32,000 bases of DNA from Candidatus Parvarchaeum sp. (GTDB lineage: Archaea; Nanobdellota; Nanobdellia; Parvarchaeales; Parvarchaeaceae): assembly GCA_049965555.1 (NCBI GenBank), contig JBMFWF010000005.1:15794-47793 (forward strand). The letters are read 5' to 3'. This document shows positions 8,584 through 13,863 of the stretch, in pieces. Positions within the stretch are counted from its first letter, which is position 1; every line of letters begins with the position of its first letter. Below the pieces are notes generated by a model. The model made no database searches and had not been told where the DNA came from. It was given only the letters and a program-made list of their open reading frames with translations. The translations under genes and the position numbers were made by a program.

Positions 8584-8910
8584 TCAATCGCTGTTATCCG
8601 CTTCTTTAGAATAATAAGCCGAGTTTATAGCTCCTCTATCCGAATCTTTTGTTATACTCAGCATAGTAAGCGACTTTATGGGGTTGTCGTCTTCCTTTTC
8701 CCCGTCTATTTTTACCGTATTAAATGAAAATGAAAGGTCTTCAAAGAATTCTGCGGCACTTTTATCGACTCCGACCACATTTGGCTTTGCGGTATTAAGT
8801 ATGTCTTTAACTTCGCTTAAGCTCTTTACTCTGTGTACTTGCACTGAGTTATTTATGATTACTGCGACTATAATCCTGCCCTGATTTATCGCTATTCCCG
8901 CTCTCGTCAT
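8584..8910 (-). CDS. Hypothetical small protein with a weak RNase H-fold (YqgF/COG2410-like) N-terminal pattern
   Basis: 108 aa. RAGIAINQGRIIVAVIINN...KPNVVGVDKS resembles the GiD.G...iGvAv...vv.iD.P layout, but the first Asp is replaced by Ala. Its first 62 nt overlap the upstream methyltransferase ORF. Confidence 0.4.
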   Translation of the reverse strand: MTRAGIAINQGRIIVAVIINNSVQVHRVKSLSEVKDILNTAKPNVVGVDKSAAEFFEDLSFSFNTVKIDGEKEDDNPIKSLTMLSITKDSDRGAINSAYYSKEADNSD

Positions 8911-9466
8911 ATATTTTTATAAGGATAAGCTCCTCGAAGAAAAAATTAACTGAAGATAACTTCTCAAAGCTAAGTCTTAGACGCTTTATCTCCTTATATA
9001 CTTTATCCACGTCGTAAACACTAGATAGAATAATAAATGCAATTCCTCCCGCTTTAAGATGTGTTTTCAGAGACCGTATAAATCTTAAGGTTAGCTCACT
9101 GCCCTCTTTTCCGCCGCTCAACGCCTTTTTTATCCATTTACTTTCCTTATTTTCAGGCAAGTATGGAGGATTGGCGTATATGACATCGAATTTTCTGTTG
9201 CTTAATGAAGAGAATAAATCTGAAACTACGCATTCAAAGTTTCTAATTCCGTTCTTTCTTGCGTTGTAATTTATTGCCTTTATTGCATTTGGATTTATAT
9301 CAACAAAGGTAACTCTTTCTGATTTTTCAGCTGCATTCAACCCTATTATACCGCTACCAGCAAACATGTCGAGCACTTCACCATGTGCATATTTTACCGC
9401 GCTTAAAAGAAGAAAGCTGTCCTCCGCAGGGGGATAAACATCCTTGAATTCCTTTATATTTACCAT
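8849..9466 (-). CDS. HemK/Mtq2-type N5-glutamine (release-factor) methyltransferase
   Basis: PPAEDSFLL, SAM motif VLDMFAGSGIIGL and catalytic NPPYLP. I prefer the ATG at 9466 (MVNIKEF...); the track start at 9490 is a TTG. Confidence 0.75.
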   Translation of the reverse strand: MVNIKEFKDVYPPAEDSFLLLSAVKYAHGEVLDMFAGSGIIGLNAAEKSERVTFVDINPNAIKAINYNARKNGIRNFECVVSDLFSSLSNRKFDVIYANPPYLPENKESKWIKKALSGGKEGSELTLRFIRSLKTHLKAGGIAFIILSSVYDVDKVYKEIKRLRLSFEKLSSVNFFFEELILIKIYDESGNSDKSGQDYSRSNHK

Positions 9467-9499
9467 ATCGAAACACTTATTAACAATCAACTAGATTAA

Positions 9500-9967
9500 A
9501 TGATAAATATGAAAGGCATCAGAAACTATTTATTGCTTGCTTTGCTGATAGTGCTTTTAATCGGCTTTATCGTCGCTGGAAAGACTTCTCCAGTTTATAA
9601 AGCGCCTGTTGTTAAGACAATAAACTGCAATTCTGTTAATTTGGGTTTTAATTACTCCGCAAGCACGAAGGTAAAGGCGCCTGAAAACACAAACACGTTT
9701 TTCACAATAGGAGTAAATAATACAGGCAATGTGACCGAGGATCTTTCCCTGGCCGTAAAGCCTGTAGGAAGTGTGCCGTTTTTAGTCCAAGTTGCCAATT
9801 CTACCGAGCTAAATACTAGTACAAAGGGATATACTAGTTTTGGAATTTATTCCCCGTCAAAAACCGGAAATTACTCTGTTGTTGCAAACCTGTCGGTAAG
9901 TTATCTCAACTGCGTAAATTACAAGGTAATACCTATAAATGTAACCGTGGTAAACTCCACCAGTTAA
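9500..9967 (+). CDS. Small membrane-anchored or secreted beta-rich protein (CARDB-like), dense in N-glycosylation sequons
   Basis: 155 aa. N-terminal hydrophobic helix LLLALLIVLLIGFIVAG. FFTIGVNNTGNVTEDLSLAVKP resembles CARDB-type beta-sandwich strands. There are 9 N-x-S/T sequons in about 125 aa. Confidence 0.55.
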   Translation: MINMKGIRNYLLLALLIVLLIGFIVAGKTSPVYKAPVVKTINCNSVNLGFNYSASTKVKAPENTNTFFTIGVNNTGNVTEDLSLAVKPVGSVPFLVQVANSTELNTSTKGYTSFGIYSPSKTGNYSVVANLSVSYLNCVNYKVIPINVTVVNSTS

Positions 9968-10302
9968 TGGAAAATCAGGTAATAAAAGACACTGAAATCA
10001 AGGATATAAAAGAAGACGGTGCCAGAGTTAGGTTCGTTGGAAAAGTTTTTTCATACGATGATAAAACAGGCATATTCGAATTAGAGAATGAAGGCCAAAA
10101 GATGACCTGCCTCCCCAATTATCAGGAAAATGTAAAGTTAGAACCGACGGAACTTGTCCTTGTTACTGGAAGAGGCATAGCTGCAGATTCCTCCTTTGAG
10201 GTTAGAGCAGACAAGGTGGAAAAGATAAGTATAAATGATTATAATAATTATAAAAAGTATTTAATAATAAGAAATAATCTATTAAATAGCAATGGAAGCT
10301 GA
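9967..10302 (+). CDS. Small stand-alone OB-fold-like protein (RPA3/RPA14-like guess)
   Basis: 111 aa. ARVRFVGKVFSYDDKTGIFELENEGQKMTCL...ELVLVTGRGIAADSSFEVRADKV has the beta-strand periodicity of small OB folds. Its start overlaps the upstream stop by 1 nt, and its 3' end overlaps the PCNA start by 11 nt. Confidence 0.45.
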   Translation: MENQVIKDTEIKDIKEDGARVRFVGKVFSYDDKTGIFELENEGQKMTCLPNYQENVKLEPTELVLVTGRGIAADSSFEVRADKVEKISINDYNNYKKYLIIRNNLLNSNGS

Positions 10303-11032
10303 ATTCAAGGACGCAGAAGTTTTTAAGAAGATGATGGACACAGTAGGCAGTTTGATGTCCGATGTTTCCATAGATTTTAATGAAGAAGGGTTTGCCATAA
10401 AGGCCATGGATCCCGCTAACATAGCAATGGTCCTTTTTGAGGCTAAGAAATCGATTTTTTCAAATTTCAACATAGAAAAGCCTGTGAAAATATCAGTTTC
10501 ACTTGATGACCTGAATGGCATACTCAGGCTGGCAAAGAAAGAGGACAAGATAAAGATGTCGGATTCAAAGAACCGCTTAATCATAGACATAAATGGTAAG
10601 AACAAGCAGCATTTTGGCATACCTTTAATAGATGAGAATTACACTGCACAAAAGGTGCCTCAGCTAAAGTTTACTTCAGAAGTCACCGTCTTGAGTTCGC
10701 TTATAAAGGATTCAGTAAAGGCAGCATCTTTAGTTGATGATTCAATCTACTTCACAGTCGATAGGCCCAGGTTCATAATAAGTTCAAAGAGCGAAGAAAA
10801 GGAGTTTTCGCAGGAATTGTCTATAAATGAAAATAAAGAGATATTTGATCTAAAGTCAGAATCTACGACAAGGTCGAAATATTCAATAGACTACCTCTCA
10901 AAGTTCATGTATGCAGTTGATCCTGAAAAACCGATAAAACTTTCATTTTCAAACAATTATCCACTTAAGATAGATTACGAGATAAATTCCGATGCAGTCA
11001 TGTCCTTTATTCTTGCAAATAGGCTTGAGTAA
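10292..11032 (+). CDS. pcn: DNA polymerase sliding clamp PCNA
   Basis: 246 aa with the typical archaeal PCNA N-terminus (FKDAEVFKKMMDTVGSLMSDVSIDFNEEGFAIKAMDPANIAMV) and the expected two-domain length. Confidence 0.9.
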   Translation: MEAEFKDAEVFKKMMDTVGSLMSDVSIDFNEEGFAIKAMDPANIAMVLFEAKKSIFSNFNIEKPVKISVSLDDLNGILRLAKKEDKIKMSDSKNRLIIDINGKNKQHFGIPLIDENYTAQKVPQLKFTSEVTVLSSLIKDSVKAASLVDDSIYFTVDRPRFIISSKSEEKEFSQELSINENKEIFDLKSESTTRSKYSIDYLSKFMYAVDPEKPIKLSFSNNYPLKIDYEINSDAVMSFILANRLE

Positions 11033-11470
11033 TCAAAAGGTGTAAAGCTCGTCTTCATAAATGTCTATGTTTTTAAGAAGCGCCGGCAGCGAATCAAAGT
11101 CTACCGCAAGTACCTTGTCCCCTCCTTCTTTGTGTATTAGCAAAGAATTAGTTTTGTTCCTTGTAACCAACAATATTATGTCCTTTTTCCTCTTTTCGCC
11201 TTCTTTGTCTATAAAGTTGTAAGCTCTAGTCAACTGGTTCTTAACAAATTCTCTTTCTTTTTCAGGAGGGATATAGGAATGGTTCTTGCAGTCTACAAAA
11301 AACCTCCTGCTTTTGTCCTGTGCTATAAAATCAATTTGGAACCACCGGTATGTTTTGAACCTTACATCTCTATTTACAGTGTAATCAAATTTTTCAAATA
11401 TATCTGCTGTGTCGTTTTCAAATTTTTTCCATTGATTCTTGTCTTTCTTAAATCCAGTTCCAAAATACAT
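11033..11470 (-). CDS. PD-(D/E)xK nuclease-fold protein (Mrr_cat or Hjc-like)
   Basis: 145 aa. FENDTADIFEKFDYTVNRDV...QIDFIAQDKSRRFFVDCKNH fits the E...D...(D/E)xK layout of Mrr catalytic domains and archaeal Hjc. Sub-family not resolved. Confidence 0.5.
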   Translation of the reverse strand: MYFGTGFKKDKNQWKKFENDTADIFEKFDYTVNRDVRFKTYRWFQIDFIAQDKSRRFFVDCKNHSYIPPEKEREFVKNQLTRAYNFIDKEGEKRKKDIILLVTRNKTNSLLIHKEGGDKVLAVDFDSLPALLKNIDIYEDELYTF

Positions 11471-11472
11471 AA

Positions 11473-11484
11473 GATATATAAAAG
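11473..11484 (+). promoter_or_regulatory. TATA-like element for tRNA-Gly
   Basis: gatatataaaag is centred about 30 nt upstream of tRNA position 1 (11509). Confidence 0.35.
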
Positions 11485-11508
11485 AGGCCTATTAATAAAT
11501 TGTATTAA

Positions 11509-11579
11509 GCATCGGTAGTCCAGTGGTAAGACACTACCCTGCCACGGTGGAGACCCGGGTTCGAATCCCGGCCGATGCA
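11509..11579 (+). tRNA. tRNA-Gly (anticodon GCC)
   Basis: Hand-folded. Acceptor GCATCGG/CCGATGC, anticodon stem CTACC/GGTGG (one G-U pair) with loop CTGCCAC, T arm CCGGG-TTCGAAT-CCCGG, discriminator A. No encoded CCA. Confidence 0.9.
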
Positions 11580-11900
11580 TTACTTTTTCTGTTTTCTTAG
11601 CATCATCTTTATGTAAATCCAGCTCTCAAGGTTATTTATCGGCCTAGTTATTGACCCTCCTCCCAATAAAGACAGAAAAAGAAGGATTGCACATGCTCCT
11701 GTTATTATGTAAACAAAAGGGTAGAATATGCCCATGTAACCGATTATAGCGGAGATTATTACTGTAATAATTAATCCCGCCTCTTTTCTATAAAAATAGG
11801 TTATTCCGACTCCCGCTATTATCATTGCAAAGAATAAATAAGCTAAGTATGGGTCAGTCTGCATCATTGAATTAAACATTATGTATAGTATATTTGTCAT
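11580..11900 (-). CDS. Small integral membrane protein (about 3 TM), unknown function
   Basis: 106 aa, hydrophobic throughout. The start overlaps the pth2 stop (ATGA). The stop codon abuts the 3' end of the convergent tRNA-Gly. Confidence 0.55.
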   Translation of the reverse strand: MTNILYIMFNSMMQTDPYLAYLFFAMIIAGVGITYFYRKEAGLIITVIISAIIGYMGIFYPFVYIITGACAILLFLSLLGGGSITRPINNLESWIYIKMMLRKQKK

Positions 11901-12256
11901 AAAAGTTTTAGTTTTCCTGTTATTTTATTTATTTCATCCGTGTAGTAAGGCCCTATGCCTATTGCAGTTTCAGTTCCGGGAGGAACCTGTGTCTGCCCCG
12001 CGTCTTTTACGACTTGGAAGGGCATGCCGCTCCTTTTGAGTTTGTTTTTCAGTTCTTCGAATTCTTCCGGTTTGTTTACTTTTAAAACGATCTTTGTTTC
12101 TCCTTCCTCCAGCCATTTTCTTGCGATTTCAGGATGTTTTTTTTCAGTGTTAAGAAAGCTCATAAGACTCGCGTGAGAGCCCTGTGCAACCAATTTTCCG
12201 GTTCCCATCTTCACGTCTTTTCTTAGTATTATAACCTGCTTTATATCTTTTTCCAT
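11897..12256 (-). CDS. pth2: Peptidyl-tRNA hydrolase, archaeal PTH2 family
   Basis: 119 aa. KQVIILRKDVKMGTGKLVAQGSHASL...KIVLKV...DAGQTQVPPGTETAIGIGP is the classic PTH2 signature. Confidence 0.88.
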   Translation of the reverse strand: MEKDIKQVIILRKDVKMGTGKLVAQGSHASLMSFLNTEKKHPEIARKWLEEGETKIVLKVNKPEEFEELKNKLKRSGMPFQVVKDAGQTQVPPGTETAIGIGPYYTDEINKITGKLKLL

Positions 12257-12275
12257 ATATTATCTATAACAGAAA

Positions 12276-12288
12276 CATATAAATATGA
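12276..12288. promoter_or_regulatory. Central near-palindromic TATA element shared by divergent pth2 and the zinc-ribbon/aEF-1beta genes
   Basis: acatataaatatg is centred about 26-27 nt from both start codons (12256 on minus, 12309 on plus) in a 52-nt spacer. Confidence 0.4.
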
Positions 12289-12308
12289 ATCTGATAATAA
12301 ACTAACAA

Positions 12309-12494
12309 ATGGCAGAAGAGTTAGTTCAGGCTGAAAAGAATTTCTGTATATCCTGCGAGAGAGACATATCCATAATAGACGATTCAGTGGTATTCAACTG
12401 CCCTAATTGTGGCACTAAAATTTCAAGGTGCGGAAAATGCAGAGGAAGAGGAGTAAATTACACCTGCAAAGTGTGCGGTTTTGTGGGGCCTTAA
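12309..12494 (+). CDS. Four-CxxC zinc-ribbon protein of the COG2888 / HVO_2753 family
   Basis: 61 aa with CISC, CPNC, CGKC and CKVC motifs and the ending CGFVGP, as in HVO_2753. Sits in the conserved position immediately upstream of aEF-1beta. Confidence 0.82.
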   Translation: MAEELVQAEKNFCISCERDISIIDDSVVFNCPNCGTKISRCGKCRGRGVNYTCKVCGFVGP

Positions 12495-12495
12495 T

Positions 12496-12765
12496 ATGGG
12501 AAAAGTAGTTATAAAAATAAAGGCACTTCCTAAGGATACCTCTTCTAATTTAGATGAGACGTCGGAGAAAATAAAGGCATTCCTTTCAAAATATGGATCT
12601 GTATACAAGGTGGAGGTGCAGCCTCTGGCTTTTGGCTTAACAGTTATAATGGTGACTTTGGTAGCAGACGAAGATGAAGGAACTTCAAAGATCGAAGAGG
12701 CATTTTCTTCGTTTCATGATGCCAGCCTTAGTATATCTGAGGTAAGCAGAGCGCCGGATTTCTAG
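12496..12765 (+). CDS. Translation elongation factor aEF-1 beta
   Basis: 89 aa from the ATG at 12496. MGKVVIKIKALPKD...VEVQPLAFGLTVIMVTLVADEDEG has the typical aEF-1beta fold sequence. The track start at 12481 is a TTG. Confidence 0.85.
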   Translation: MGKVVIKIKALPKDTSSNLDETSEKIKAFLSKYGSVYKVEVQPLAFGLTVIMVTLVADEDEGTSKIEEAFSSFHDASLSISEVSRAPDF

Positions 12766-13824
12766 TCATTTTAGACTACTTGCTTCCTCCAAAAACAGCT
12801 TTTTGAATTTTTCCCTGTCTTTGTAATCTATAGAGCCGCCGGAAGCTTTATCGTGCCCTCCTCCTTCTCCTTTCATTTTTTTGAATATATTGTTAAGCAT
12901 CGCCGGCAGTTTTATCTCTACACCATTTGCTCTTAAGTTAAGGCGCATAGTTCTCGCATTTATCTTTGTCATGAACACAAGCACATTGCCGTAGTATTCC
13001 TTGTCAAAGCTCAGTTCTGTTACAAGAGTAGAGGAATACCTTTTCTTTTTCTGGTCCAATTCATAAAAGTATATCTTTCCATACTTCTGTGCGTTTTCTT
13101 TGAAATCTTTTTTAAGTTTTTCAAGTTCTTCTCTTACCTTTTTGTCCGCAAAAACAAGTTTTTGGTTGCCAAGAACCTCAGAAATTGAATTGCTGTTGAT
13201 CAATATACCTAACGCTTCATCCGCTCCTTCTCTGTTGTATAAGGTTGTCATTGCACCTATCATACTGGCGGCCTTTCCAAAATCATTATCATACATGAAC
13301 TCATCTTTTCCTATCTTTATTCCGTATTTCTCCGCTGTTTTTTTCACGAATTCGGAATTTTCCTTTCCACCCGAATCTCCAACAAGGCCTATTGCAGAAG
13401 CCCAGTCAAGTTCCTTTATTTCCTGTTCAAATATCCTGTAAATCAATAATGAACAAGGAGTATAGGTATTGTCTCCCCATATTTTTGGATTTGCGTAGGC
13501 CTTTAAATCTGCGTTTATTATTTGATGATGGTCTATTATGCAGAGGTTCTTGTCCTTAAACAGCGGCAATTGTTCTTCTCTTATCTGCATGTCGCAAATG
13601 ATTATATTTTTGCTGTATTCCTGCATGTCAATGTCTTTGTAGTCTTCATAGTTTGTAGGCCTGTAGTAATAAACTCCTTTATTTATCTTTTTAAGAGCTG
13701 CAGTAAGCAATGCAGCACTTACTATGCCATCAGTATCAAGGTGGTAAAAGACAGTGAAATCGTTGTTTTTTGATACAAATTCTCTTACACTTTCTATGCT
13801 TTCTTTCTTCTTTATTTCATCCAT
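12766..13824 (-). CDS. DHH/DHHA1 family phosphoesterase (NrnA/RecJ-like)
   Basis: 352 aa. DHH motifs HLDTDGIVSAA (DxD), ICDMQ, IIDHHQ (DHH) and LVGDSGG, plus DHHA1 GGGHDKASGG. Confidence 0.8.
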   Translation of the reverse strand: MDEIKKKESIESVREFVSKNNDFTVFYHLDTDGIVSAALLTAALKKINKGVYYYRPTNYEDYKDIDMQEYSKNIIICDMQIREEQLPLFKDKNLCIIDHHQIINADLKAYANPKIWGDNTYTPCSLLIYRIFEQEIKELDWASAIGLVGDSGGKENSEFVKKTAEKYGIKIGKDEFMYDNDFGKAASMIGAMTTLYNREGADEALGILINSNSISEVLGNQKLVFADKKVREELEKLKKDFKENAQKYGKIYFYELDQKKKRYSSTLVTELSFDKEYYGNVLVFMTKINARTMRLNLRANGVEIKLPAMLNNIFKKMKGEGGGHDKASGGSIDYKDREKFKKLFLEEASSLK

Positions 13825-13863
13825 AAGAATATCTAAGGGTTATACTACTAATATTTATTGTAT

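Noticed and set aside
13521-13530. C-box-like tgatga words (near 13523, 28024, 28476, 10330 and 3350) as possible C/D box sRNAs.
   Set aside because: All lie inside well-supported CDSs, and none has a properly spaced ctga D box or terminal stem. No intergenic spacer is long enough for a C/D sRNA.
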